Source: a virus
Virus record (IMG/VR): IMGVR_UViG_3300033153_000868
Location: 32,001-96,000 of that record
Length of the DNA: 64,000 nucleotides
Reading direction: 5' to 3' (one strand)
The first letter of the stretch is position 1; every line of letters begins with the position of its first letter. Shown one piece after another: positions 17,124 to 28,100 of this stretch. The notes beneath the pieces were generated by a model. It was not told the DNA's origin. It saw only the letters and a list, made by a program, of their open reading frames with translations, and ran no database searches. Both the position numbers and the translations under genes were made by a program.

Positions 17124-18546
17124 TTTTGGTAAACAAAAAGGTTTACCTATAAGTTGCTATGGATCTAATGTTGATGATAACTTAGATAGTATTTTAAATG
17201 CTGGTCGTGAGATTGGAATGATGAGTAAATATGGCGGAGGTACAAGTGCTTTTATTGGCAACATTAGAGCAAGAGGAACTGAAATATCTACAGGTGGTTT
17301 TGCTGATGGTCCAGTGCACTACGCTAAGATATATGATACTGTAGTAGATGTATGTAAGCAGTCTGAAGCTAGACGTGGTGCTTGTGCAGTATACCTGCCG
17401 GTTGAGCATGCTGACATCTTAGAGTTCTTAGATATTGGTACAGAGGGTAACCCCATACAAAATTTGCAGTATGGTGTTACAGTTACTGATCAATGGATGA
17501 CTGAAATGAAAGAAGGAGATAAAGACAAACGTAAAGTATGGGCTAAGATCATTCAGAATAGAAGTGAGTTTGGATTTCCTTATGTTATGTTTAAAGATAA
17601 TTCTAATAACAATTCTCCGTATAAAGAACTTGGGATGGATATTACAGCATCTAATTTGTGCTCAGAAATCCAGCTTCCTACAGATAGTTATAACTCTTTT
17701 GTATGTTGCCTTGGTTCTATCAACCTGTTACATTGGGATCAGATAAAAGAAACTGACGCAATTGAAACATATGTATATTTCTTAAACGCAGTAATGGATG
17801 AGTTCATTATTAAGTCTGAGACTATGCCGGGTATGAAGAGAGCATTTAACTTTGCTGAAAAGCATAGAGCTATTGGTCTTGGTGTATTAGGTTATCATTC
17901 TTTGTTTCAATCTAAGCTTCTTGAGTTTGACTCACTGCAGGCTAAAGGATTAAACAGTGAGATTTTTAGAACCCTTAAAGATAGAAGTGAGATTGCTTCA
18001 AGAGAGTTACATAATGATTATGGATACACATCTCTTAGAGAAGGGTATGCTAATACAACCCTTATGGCAATTGCTCCTACTAAGTCTAGCTCATTTATAC
18101 ACGGTGCTGTGTCTATGGGTATAGAGCCTATTAAGTCTAACTACTTTATTAAGGATCTTGCTAAGTCTAAGACTATCTATAAGAACCCATTCTTAGAAGA
18201 GGAACTTGAGAAGTATGGTCTAAATACAGACAAAACCTGGAAATCCATTCTAAAGAAAGATGGAAGTGTACAACACTTAGACTTTCCTACCAAAGAAGTA
18301 TTTAAATCATTTGTTGAGATATCTCCAAAAGAGATTGTATTGCAGGCGGCACAGAGACAAAAGTATATTGATCAATCACAGTCATTAAACTTAATGATAG
18401 ATCCATCTGTCTCAGCTAAAGATATAAACAAACTATATATGTACGCTTGGGAAGAAGGTGTAAAAACTTTATACTATCAATTTAGCAAAAGTTCAGCTCA
18501 GGATTTTGCACGTAACATTTTAGAATGCTCAAGTTGTGAAGGTTAA
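17101..18546 (+). CDS. nrdA: Ribonucleotide reductase class I alpha subunit (main body; true start 16950, frameshifted)
   Basis: GLPISC, GGGT, ASNLCSEI, APTKSSS, KTLYY, C-terminal CSSCEG. Confidence 0.93.
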   Translation: MSTPVWINFGKQKGLPISCYGSNVDDNLDSILNAGREIGMMSKYGGGTSAFIGNIRARGTEISTGGFADGPVHYAKIYDTVVDVCKQSEARRGACAVYLPVEHADILEFLDIGTEGNPIQNLQYGVTVTDQWMTEMKEGDKDKRKVWAKIIQNRSEFGFPYVMFKDNSNNNSPYKELGMDITASNLCSEIQLPTDSYNSFVCCLGSINLLHWDQIKETDAIETYVYFLNAVMDEFIIKSETMPGMKRAFNFAEKHRAIGLGVLGYHSLFQSKLLEFDSLQAKGLNSEIFRTLKDRSEIASRELHNDYGYTSLREGYANTTLMAIAPTKSSSFIHGAVSMGIEPIKSNYFIKDLAKSKTIYKNPFLEEELEKYGLNTDKTWKSILKKDGSVQHLDFPTKEVFKSFVEISPKEIVLQAAQRQKYIDQSQSLNLMIDPSVSAKDINKLYMYAWEEGVKTLYYQFSKSSAQDFARNILECSSCEG

Positions 18547-18799
18547 AAGAAGAATACTCAAATTACTAGCTTATAAAAATAAGCTTACATCATATCAAAA
18601 GGTTGCATCCCGTATAGGTTATATGGGTGCAGGCTTTTTGATAGCAGGTCAATGGACACTACATCCGGGATTATTTATACTAGGTTTTATATGTGTAGTT
18701 ATACAGACATCATCACGTAAACAATGGAATCTTGTTGCTCTGAATATAAACGGGTTAATTGCTTGGACAGTTCATCTTATTAGAACAGTGCTAGGATAA
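18536..18799 (+). CDS. Small membrane protein (possibly PnuC-like fragment)
   Basis: 87 aa with about 3 hydrophobic segments; overlaps the nrdA end. Confidence 0.55.
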   Translation: MKVKRRILKLLAYKNKLTSYQKVASRIGYMGAGFLIAGQWTLHPGLFILGFICVVIQTSSRKQWNLVALNINGLIAWTVHLIRTVLG

Positions 18800-18808
18800 G
18801 AGTTAAGT

Positions 18809-19222
18809 TTATTTTCTTAATCCTTTATGGTTATCAATTCTATCTAGAATTTTATTGAGTTCTTCTGTTTTTATTAAACCTGCCATTGAAGCATTCTTTA
18901 AAGCACTTATAAGTTGTAAGATCATAAAAGGAACTACAACTACTTCTGATAGCCAACCTGTTCCTGCAAAGCCTCTTTCTACCATAAGAACAACCGTGAG
19001 TATAGCTATCCATACTGCCGTGTTTCTGGTTATTCTTAATGCTTTATATGTTTTAAAACCTTCTCTTTTACAGCCTGCCCAAACTCCAAAAATGCCATCC
19101 AACCATAATACTGAACAAACAGCTAAGTATTGTTCCATGTTTTCCATTGATAAATCAAAAAAGTACGTACATAAATACGTACAAAATGCTGTTATGCTCA
19201 CTATGAATAATTTAGTTGTCAT
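18809..19222 (-). CDS. Phage holin (Phage_holin_4_1-like)
   Basis: LWLDGIFGVWAG..K...TM..TM..LISALKNASMAG pattern. Confidence 0.7.
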   Translation of the reverse strand: MTTKLFIVSITAFCTYLCTYFFDLSMENMEQYLAVCSVLWLDGIFGVWAGCKREGFKTYKALRITRNTAVWIAILTVVLMVERGFAGTGWLSEVVVVPFMILQLISALKNASMAGLIKTEELNKILDRIDNHKGLRK

Positions 19223-19314
19223 TTATAAATCTCATTTACTTTATCTATCCAGGTTTATACTATAATATAACTAAATAATATGTCATATGATAGATTTAAA
19301 CCTGTTAATTTGTC

Positions 19315-22300
19315 TTACTTAATATAGAAATCAGAGTTTTTAAGGTATGAATCCCATTTCTGAATAGAATATAGTAGTGGGAATACATCTTTAATGTTTT
19401 TATATACCTTTAATTCTCCTTTTCTTTTACCTCTTTGATATACATAATTAGAATTAGCATAAAATGCTTCTTCATTTCCGGTTGCTTTAGCCATTGTATA
19501 TTTGAAACCTCCAACAAAAATCATTTCAAAAGCTTCAGACATTTCACTTACTGATCTTGATGCAGCAATAGGTGAGTTAAACATTTGCTCTACCTGTTCA
19601 AACCCTGCAAAAGAAGGCATGAATAAAACAAGTTCCTTATATACTCTATCTGCTTGATATCTTGTTAAATTTTTAAATCTCTTTTCAGTATCACTATCAT
19701 CATCATCACCAGATAATAAATCATCAAATAGCAAAGAAATAAACATAACACTAAACATGATACCTAAATCACCCATACTTCTATAGAAACCAAATAGTCT
19801 ATTCTTAGCTCTTTGATCTATGTTACCCCCTCCACCATAATCTCTTGCTTCTCCAAACTTTTCACTAGTATATGCTCTGACTTGTTGGTTTAGGTATTCT
19901 TTACCCATTGTTCTAAAGTTCATATTACCTTGAGCCAACTCTTTTCTTGCAAAATTTAAGAATGATAAAGCAGATCTATATCTACCTTCCATCCATCCTA
20001 GATTTTCATCAAAGTATTCTCTTTGATACCTTGCTCTAATTGCTGGAGCCAACCACTTTTTAAATTGAATAGCTAATGCACCAAGTGTATGTGACTGAAG
20101 AACAATTCTATCTTCCTTGGCATAGTTACCATGAATTTGTTTGTTAACTTCTCTAATCTCATTTCTAATTTCATATCTTATATCATCATTATAAGCTACT
20201 TCTTGTCCATTTCTTTTGATTACTATATCAAAACCATCTTTAATTTTATTCTTATGTGTTTTTGTATCGTATTCAAATGCATCATAAAATGACAGCTCTT
20301 CTCCTGTTTTACTATTTCTAATCATAGTGTCCATAAGTATAGCCATACCCACTTTGGTCTGTGAATTATATTCAGCAGCATCTTGCATCACGTAACCCCA
20401 CTCAGTTGCTCTATCAAACCAACTCTTACCATCTTCAGTAGCTCTACTTTGTTCACGTATATCAGACATACTATCCATCATTCTGAACATATCAACAAAA
20501 GCTTCATACTTACTATTAGGTAATTTTTTATCATAGTCAGCTTTAGCTAATCCTGGTATAACACCTAATGTTACTACGTCAAGTAAATCTTCTGCACCAC
20601 CATGTGCTGTTCTATTGACTAATCCTGGAATAGCTCTCTTATTAAATTCCCAGGTTGCTCTTTTAAATGCCTTTTGACTATAAAATCTACCACCAATAGA
20701 TTCAATATTGTTATTTATTCTACCAATCAAGTAGTTATTAAAGTTACCAAATGGGTTAAACGCTACATATGATAAAGAAGACAACTGAATAAGACCATCT
20801 GCAATTTTATCTACAGCACCCTTAGTAATGTTTTCATTTTCATAATGAATCATAGACATAAACTTCTTTGCTCTACGTACTACATTTTTTTCTTGAGTAC
20901 TTGTATTAGCTTTAGTACCTAAATTATCTACAACTTTATCTTTTACTTTTGCTACTAGATTTAATCTCAATCCAGGAGCAGGAGTATATGTTCTGTTTTC
21001 AATTACCTTAACAAAAGCTTTTAAGGTATCATCTACAGCGCCCATTGTTTCATAGTTTTGAGCCATTGCACTAAACTTAAGTAAACTAGATGCCATATCT
21101 GTGCTAATCTGTCCTCTACTTGGTGTTGCTCTGAGCCTTACCATTTTACCATTTAATACAGCTATTTGCTTTTTATACTGTTGATCTTGGATTTCATTCT
21201 TTTTATACTTTGATTTAAGAAGATCAATTTCTTTTTGTAAATCAGCCATATCAGTATCAAGCTTAGGTCTACCGGTATAGTAGATAGGCATTTGATCAAT
21301 AATATAACCCTCATTATCTAGTATAACATTTTTTTGAGTAGAGGTTTGTTGAAACATATTCCAAGCCCTACTCTCTGTCATACTAGCATATAGCTTGGTA
21401 AACAAAGTTCCTTTCTCTTTTACATCAGACATCAATCTATTCTGTACTAAAGGAACTCTACCCAACATTTGTGCACTTTGCCCAATAGGTATTTTCTTAA
21501 GCAAGTCATTCTCATACATATCTATGTATAATTGATAAAACTCCCTTTGGGCTACAGATTTTGCGTCAGTACCGCTCATTATGGCATCATACTTGGCGTT
21601 TCTCATATTACGTCCATCAAGGGTAGTTTCTAGTATTTGTCTATACTCTGCTTTAGGCACCATCATATCTTGACGGTCTTCTATAATTTGTCCTGTTGCC
21701 TCTCCCTTTATTCTTACAGCTCTGGTATATTCAACCGGCTGATAATATTTTGCAACATAAGCTGCATAGTCTGCATCTGAAATATTTTTTTTCTTTTCCC
21801 AACTTCCTCTTTGATTAGTTTCAGCACCGGGTCTCCACACTTCATATTTATTTCTGATATCAATAAACTCTTGGGTGTACTTGTGATACATACCTGAAGG
21901 ACGTAATGTACCATCATCTCTTTTTTGCTCAGCCATATAAAAATCTCCATATGCTTTCTTTTTAGCAGCTAGATCTTTATTGTATTCTATATCTTCCTGA
22001 CTTGCTGTTTCTAAATCATAAACAGGTCTGTATTGATATGGTGTACCTTCATTATCATAAAGTTGACTTCTGAGTTCATTTTGTATAGCCCAATATTGTT
22101 CTCCTATTTTTGTTACATATCTACCATTAAAAGTACCGTCTGCATCATACTCTAACATGAATTTATATAACTCGTCAAGTTTTAATTCAGGTGATAACTT
22201 TGCAAGCTTTTGTCCAGCCGTTCTTATAAGGTTTTCTCTTTGAGCCACAAGATCTAATAGCTTTTGATTTTGGGCTTTTCTTATTTTATCCATTGTAGCC

Positions 22301-25092
22301 AATAGTACATCTGGAGATGTTGCCATATCTTTAGTTTGATATTCAGTGTCACTGATATCTGCAGCTTTTTCCATCAAAAGCTCTAAGTCTTTTTCAGTAT
22401 ATAAACTATTTTCACCACCAAAATCTCTATTTGATTTTAGCCTCACCATTTCTTTAACATAGTCTTTTAGTGCTTCACCTACTATTCCTCCTGTGTCAGT
22501 GCCAGCACCACTAAGTAAATTAAGTTGTTGTTGTAATGATAAAATTAAATTCTTTTGAGTATTATTTAAACCTTTTAAATCTTTAAGTATAAAAAGCCCT
22601 TCAAACGTTTTCATATACTTATCAAAGTTTAAAACATAAGAAACATATTCAGGAGAATTTATATTCTTAGGATTTTCTACATAAGCTCTAAAATCTTTTA
22701 TTTGAGATAAAGCATCAAGCAAAACTTCAGACAAAGCTTTTGATTGGCCTTTAACACTACCAGCCATAGCTAAGTTTATATATGCTATTGTTTTAGATAT
22801 TTGATCAATTTCATTTTCTTTTGTTGATTCCATATATATATTAGACTTCAACAAAGGAATCATATCCCTTTTCTCAATAAGTGCTTTCTGATATGTATCT
22901 AGTAAACCAGCTGCAGCATTATATTCATCATAGTTTTCTGCTGCTTTTTTATCATCTTCAGTTGTTTCCTCTTTCTGGTCTTTACCATTCCATATTTTAT
23001 TGTATGAACCTTCTTGATCTTTTTCTAATCTACTTTTTTGATAGGAGTTTCTTACTTCTGGTACAAGAGCATCTACTAAATTAAGATTTTGACTTACAGG
23101 ATGAGGGACCCATCTATCAAATTCAATTGATCCATCAAACACTTGATCAGATCCTGTTCCTTCTATACCAACTTTAAAGTGTATTGTAGAGGTGGCCCAT
23201 TCATCATAAGATACTTCATACCCCATATTTTCAGCCATTCTTCTATATACATTAACTTGTAAGTTATGCTGTTGCTCTGTTGATAATTCTTTTGCTAATC
23301 CTTGTTGATATAACACTGAGTCTTGTTCTAAGGCGTAAAATCTTTCTTTATATTGATTTCCTATACGCTTTCCTTTTTTATCATTTAAAGCTACCTCTTT
23401 ACTTAACTCATTTTTTGTAGTCTTAAGATCCATGATGTTAATTCTACCATGTTGATCTATAATAAATACATCTGCAGTACCGGCCATCTTAGAAGCTTCA
23501 TCAAACAAAACAACTTGAGATAACACAATTGCACCTTTCATTTTTAAACTATCCATAATACTAGCAAGAGTATCAAAAGTATCTTTAGCTTTATCTTTAG
23601 ATATGTTATTTGTCTCTAGTGCAGCATATGCATCTTCAAAAGAAAGATTAGCAATAACACCATCTAATAGTGTGTCAACCTCATTACCAATATCCAAGTT
23701 AATCTTATGAGCAACTTGTTTATCTGGTGAAAGTTTTCCTTTTATAGCTGTGGTTACTGATGTATATACTTTATCAGAATCATTAGAATTTATATATGTA
23801 TGATCTTCTTTATTAAGTGTTACAATTGAATCTCCAGCAGCTGCATCTTTTACTGACGCTGACAGAGAATCAACAAGACCAGAGTTTTCACTCTGTGCTA
23901 CATTAAATAGCTGCATTATAATAGGCTTCTGCGTATCATTAGCTCTTTCTAGTGCATCTTTGATTTGTATTTCTTTAGATGGTGATAAACTATATCTTAA
24001 TTTACCGTCAACTCTTTTTTCTAGTTTAAACTGAATGCCTTCCGTATTAAGTAGTTTAGCAATATCACTTAGACTTGTACCCGGTTTAATAGCAGATACA
24101 GGTAACTCTCTACCAGTAATATATTTATTAAGGTTTTCAATTACTCCTTTAAACCACTCAAGAAGTTCTTTAACTTTTGCTAGGAATCCTTTTGTAGGTG
24201 TTGTTTCATATTCTTTTTTGAAGTGTCTTGATAATGCTTGTGTTACAATTTCAAGATCTCTTTCTGTATCTGTAAAATTTCTTGTACTACTATTGTAAGC
24301 ATCTTCAATTTCTGCTGATAGTTCTGGAAAATTATTTACTGCTTCATCAAGAAGTGAGTTAAATAATTCTTCATTCTCCATCTTTACTGCATCTATAAAA
24401 GGATGCAACATTTCTTCAATTGCTATTTCATCTGTGACCCTACCTTTTATTAAGTAAGCTACACCATCCATATAAAAAGAATTTATCTCATTAAAAGGAA
24501 CGTTATTGGTTTTAGTTTTTGGTAATGATTCATACATTACTCTTGCTTGTGCAACAGATAACATTTTAACTTGTATCTGTGGAAACATTCTTTTAAGATG
24601 CATAACAACCGCTCTTGATCTATTGGTGTCCCATGATCTTGAACTTTCAAGTATATCTCTAGCAGAGAACATATTATTGTTAGGTTCAATCTTATAGCTT
24701 TTTGGCGTTCTTGTTACTGTAAATGAATCTTTTGGTATGTTATTAATTTCTAAGTATCTGTAAAACCTTTTTAGATTACTTTGTAAAAAAGCTTCATCAT
24801 ATGATAATGTCTGAGGATTTGAATTATTAATTAAAAACTGCCCTGCTAAATTGCTACCTATTCTTTCTCTTCTTAAATTATTGAGCACGCTTTCTCCAAA
24901 TGCTTTTCTTTTTAATGAGAATGCAATATCTTGGTCTTTAACCATAGTCTGAGCTTGGACAACACTAGGAAACGCATCAGAATCATTAACACGTTGCCAG
25001 TCACTAATAACTTTAGATGTTTTGATATCAGTACCATATTCATCCTTTAATGCTTGGTATCCCGGATCATTTCTATTATAACATTTAGCCAT
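19315..25092 (-). CDS. Giant virion cargo protein (crAss RNAP-associated) with degenerate zincin and PD-(D/E)XK domains
   Basis: 1925 aa; EEMLHPF (aa 226), AGTADVF..MDLKT..QHNLQVNVY, C-terminal QFKKWL segment and hydrophobic helix. Confidence 0.7.
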   Translation of the reverse strand: MAKCYNRNDPGYQALKDEYGTDIKTSKVISDWQRVNDSDAFPSVVQAQTMVKDQDIAFSLKRKAFGESVLNNLRRERIGSNLAGQFLINNSNPQTLSYDEAFLQSNLKRFYRYLEINNIPKDSFTVTRTPKSYKIEPNNNMFSARDILESSRSWDTNRSRAVVMHLKRMFPQIQVKMLSVAQARVMYESLPKTKTNNVPFNEINSFYMDGVAYLIKGRVTDEIAIEEMLHPFIDAVKMENEELFNSLLDEAVNNFPELSAEIEDAYNSSTRNFTDTERDLEIVTQALSRHFKKEYETTPTKGFLAKVKELLEWFKGVIENLNKYITGRELPVSAIKPGTSLSDIAKLLNTEGIQFKLEKRVDGKLRYSLSPSKEIQIKDALERANDTQKPIIMQLFNVAQSENSGLVDSLSASVKDAAAGDSIVTLNKEDHTYINSNDSDKVYTSVTTAIKGKLSPDKQVAHKINLDIGNEVDTLLDGVIANLSFEDAYAALETNNISKDKAKDTFDTLASIMDSLKMKGAIVLSQVVLFDEASKMAGTADVFIIDQHGRINIMDLKTTKNELSKEVALNDKKGKRIGNQYKERFYALEQDSVLYQQGLAKELSTEQQHNLQVNVYRRMAENMGYEVSYDEWATSTIHFKVGIEGTGSDQVFDGSIEFDRWVPHPVSQNLNLVDALVPEVRNSYQKSRLEKDQEGSYNKIWNGKDQKEETTEDDKKAAENYDEYNAAAGLLDTYQKALIEKRDMIPLLKSNIYMESTKENEIDQISKTIAYINLAMAGSVKGQSKALSEVLLDALSQIKDFRAYVENPKNINSPEYVSYVLNFDKYMKTFEGLFILKDLKGLNNTQKNLILSLQQQLNLLSGAGTDTGGIVGEALKDYVKEMVRLKSNRDFGGENSLYTEKDLELLMEKAADISDTEYQTKDMATSPDVLLATMDKIRKAQNQKLLDLVAQRENLIRTAGQKLAKLSPELKLDELYKFMLEYDADGTFNGRYVTKIGEQYWAIQNELRSQLYDNEGTPYQYRPVYDLETASQEDIEYNKDLAAKKKAYGDFYMAEQKRDDGTLRPSGMYHKYTQEFIDIRNKYEVWRPGAETNQRGSWEKKKNISDADYAAYVAKYYQPVEYTRAVRIKGEATGQIIEDRQDMMVPKAEYRQILETTLDGRNMRNAKYDAIMSGTDAKSVAQREFYQLYIDMYENDLLKKIPIGQSAQMLGRVPLVQNRLMSDVKEKGTLFTKLYASMTESRAWNMFQQTSTQKNVILDNEGYIIDQMPIYYTGRPKLDTDMADLQKEIDLLKSKYKKNEIQDQQYKKQIAVLNGKMVRLRATPSRGQISTDMASSLLKFSAMAQNYETMGAVDDTLKAFVKVIENRTYTPAPGLRLNLVAKVKDKVVDNLGTKANTSTQEKNVVRRAKKFMSMIHYENENITKGAVDKIADGLIQLSSLSYVAFNPFGNFNNYLIGRINNNIESIGGRFYSQKAFKRATWEFNKRAIPGLVNRTAHGGAEDLLDVVTLGVIPGLAKADYDKKLPNSKYEAFVDMFRMMDSMSDIREQSRATEDGKSWFDRATEWGYVMQDAAEYNSQTKVGMAILMDTMIRNSKTGEELSFYDAFEYDTKTHKNKIKDGFDIVIKRNGQEVAYNDDIRYEIRNEIREVNKQIHGNYAKEDRIVLQSHTLGALAIQFKKWLAPAIRARYQREYFDENLGWMEGRYRSALSFLNFARKELAQGNMNFRTMGKEYLNQQVRAYTSEKFGEARDYGGGGNIDQRAKNRLFGFYRSMGDLGIMFSVMFISLLFDDLLSGDDDDSDTEKRFKNLTRYQADRVYKELVLFMPSFAGFEQVEQMFNSPIAASRSVSEMSEAFEMIFVGGFKYTMAKATGNEEAFYANSNYVYQRGKRKGELKVYKNIKDVFPLLYSIQKWDSYLKNSDFYIK

Positions 25093-25107
25093 TTGATTAT
25101 TGTTTAA

Positions 25108-28100
25108 TTATATAAGACATTTAAGTCTCTCAATTATTTCTTGTTCTCCCTCTTCTGTTTGTGAAAATAAATCACCGTATAAAGCTATTGCATCATCAAG
25201 TGTTTTTATATTTTCTCCAGAAAGCTTTTCTAAAGCAGCACTATTACCTTCTACATTTGCATCCCACCATTCTACTAAACTTGAAGCTTCTGAAATTTCT
25301 TCTGAAGCAAAAAGATCAAGTTCTAGTTGTTCTTGCTCTTGTTGTTCAAGTTCTGTAGCTTCTGGAATGCTCATATCAGTATCTTCTATAATAGCATTTC
25401 CTGTCTCATCAAATATAGCACTATCTGTGTTAGCAGACAACTCAGCCATTATTTTTGCCATATCAGATATATTTGTTTCTGCTGCATCTATATCTGCTTT
25501 AACTGTTACAGAATCTGTAGTTTGATTAACTATTGCTGAGTCAGAGTTTAATACTTCATTAACTTCTAGTATAGCTCCAAGATTAGTATCAACAGGATAC
25601 TCAACCTCACTAGTTTGTTGTGCTGGTTGTTCTAGTTGTGCAGCTCTATCTTGAGGTAAACTATTTTGTGTAGTTCCTTTGCCTACATTTCTTGCTTGAT
25701 CATATGTAAGTCTAGGTCCTCCTACAAAACCACCACCAAATTGTTGATTAGAACCCATAGAAGGAACTTCTAAGTATTCAGTTACCTTTGCATTAGGATT
25801 ATCTTTAGCAAGCAATCTAAACAAAACATAGAAATCTCTACCTTGTCTTTCAACTTTAACCCTTACAAACTCTTTTGCATTTACATGTTCAAAACTCTCA
25901 GAAGTAATAGTAAACTTATTAGGTCTAGAAACTGGGTCAAAAGTAAAGCCTTCATCAAGACTAGAAGCATCATAAGTGACAAGCAATGGTCCTACAACAT
26001 TAGATTGTAAGTATCCATATTTAAAATCTTTCATCACTTCTTCTTTAGAGATACCAAAGACACTTTCAAATTCTACTTGTCCTTTAAGTGCAGCTTCTAC
26101 AGAACCAACATTCTTAAGATATTTATTCATAATAAAAGGACTCATTGCACTCATAAGACTTCCATACTTAAGCTGCAATCCATCTTTAACCATCATGTAA
26201 TGCAGAATGTCTTCAGCTATTTCTCTTGTCTCAAGTGAACCATATAGTTTTGCAAAGGATGTTTGTAAATCAAGTTTATTAGATGCATTAAGTCTTCTCC
26301 ATGTATCCGCTTTTACTAAATTCATTCCTGTGTTATTACCCTGAGTTCCGGCATATTGAGTACCTACAAAATTATCTAAGAAGTAATTAGGCTCTGCACC
26401 TTGTTCAGCTCTTAGCAATTGTAAATCTTCAATTTTTTTAATCAATGATAAGTTAGTTGTACCTACAGGACCAGGATAAAGCAATGTGTTTTCTACAGAA
26501 GAATTACCAGAGCTATTATTAAGAAGATGTTGGTATGACTTAATTGTTAAATAAGATAATAGATCTTGTTCAATACCATTTTTTGCTACATTATCAAAAC
26601 CTCTTGAGTCAACATTCATTTGATTATAAGTAGGCTCTAGTATATCATTAAAGTCCTGACTCATAGTTAAAATAGTGTTAGGTAAAAGATCATTATGTAT
26701 TTGACCAAATATTTCTAAATAAGTACTCTGCCAAGTTTTGCTATTCTTACCATAAATAGGTCTGATATTCATAGGTGCTTCCTTATCAAACAAACTAGTA
26801 ATTGTCTCAATAGCATCTTTCATTTCTGGTATTGAACTAGGTAGACCTTGAGTAAGACTTGTTACTTTATTTATTTTACCTGTAAAGTTTTTAATGTTAT
26901 TAAGTCTTTCAAATAAAAATAGTATTTGAAGTCTTTCATTATTAGTTAAATCTTCAGTGCTGTCTACAGCTGTCTCTAAAAACTCATCTGATAGTTTTAC
27001 AAATGGTGGTTTATTGCCACCTTCTTTTTCCTTAGCAACTAATGAGGCTAAAGATCCAATACGTTTTGTTAAAAGAGTATCTAAACCTGCATCAAATTTG
27101 TCCTCTTTATTTAAAGCTTGATCATACAAGTCTCTTATTTCAGCAGAATTTACTAATAAAATTGAAGTTCTTAGTGGGATCCCCAATGAAACCATATTAC
27201 CAACTAAACCAACAGCATGAATATTAAGTCCAAACTTTGCTATTAAACGTTCTTTAGCATTATCAGTTTCCATTGTTACTAGAGTAGAAATAATATCTTG
27301 TATTCTTTCACCATTTATTTTGTCTTTAGTAAACCCATCATATGTATTATTATTAAATTTTATAGGTCTAGCTAATTTAATATTGTACTCACGCAATAAA
27401 CTTAAAGCTAAATTAGGTTTAACAATAGCACCAATTGCAGCTCCTTTGTTTGCTTCAAAGGCTTTTATCATTCCATGAAGTGTGTCAATATCTACATCAG
27501 AATCCTTTCTGCTTGCAAATAATTCTATACCCTCAACATTAGAAAGCTCATCAAATAAATCCTCTAATATTTTTAAGTCAGCTGCTTGATAAGCAATAGG
27601 TAAATCAGACTTACCTTCACCAGCATCTTGATCAATAGTCTTTAGTGTTTCACCTGTTACACCAGTATTACCTGCTAATACATATCTATAATCTAAAATG
27701 TTATTGTTTAAAACCGCCTCATTAGGTGATCCAAACTTTTTAGAATATTCTTCAAATTGTTTTTTAGTAACAGGAAGACCCAATATTAACATTGCTCTAA
27801 GAGCTTCTTCTGATATACTGTTTACACCTTGTTTATCTGTAACTCTATTTTGTTCAGAATCACTCAAAGAGTTTTCCCTTCTAATAGCCAAGGTTTCCTC
27901 CTTGTATAAAGAAGATGATGTACTATAAATATTATTAGGTTCAGAAGCTTTTTGATTCATGTACTTTATATACTCAAAATAAGAATTACCAGAACCGTAA
28001 GCTTTAAATTCTTTATTGCTATCTAAATAGTACTCTTTTGCCAATGCATATACTTTATCAATATCAAAATCCGCTCCTGATATTTCTACAAGTTCTTTTG

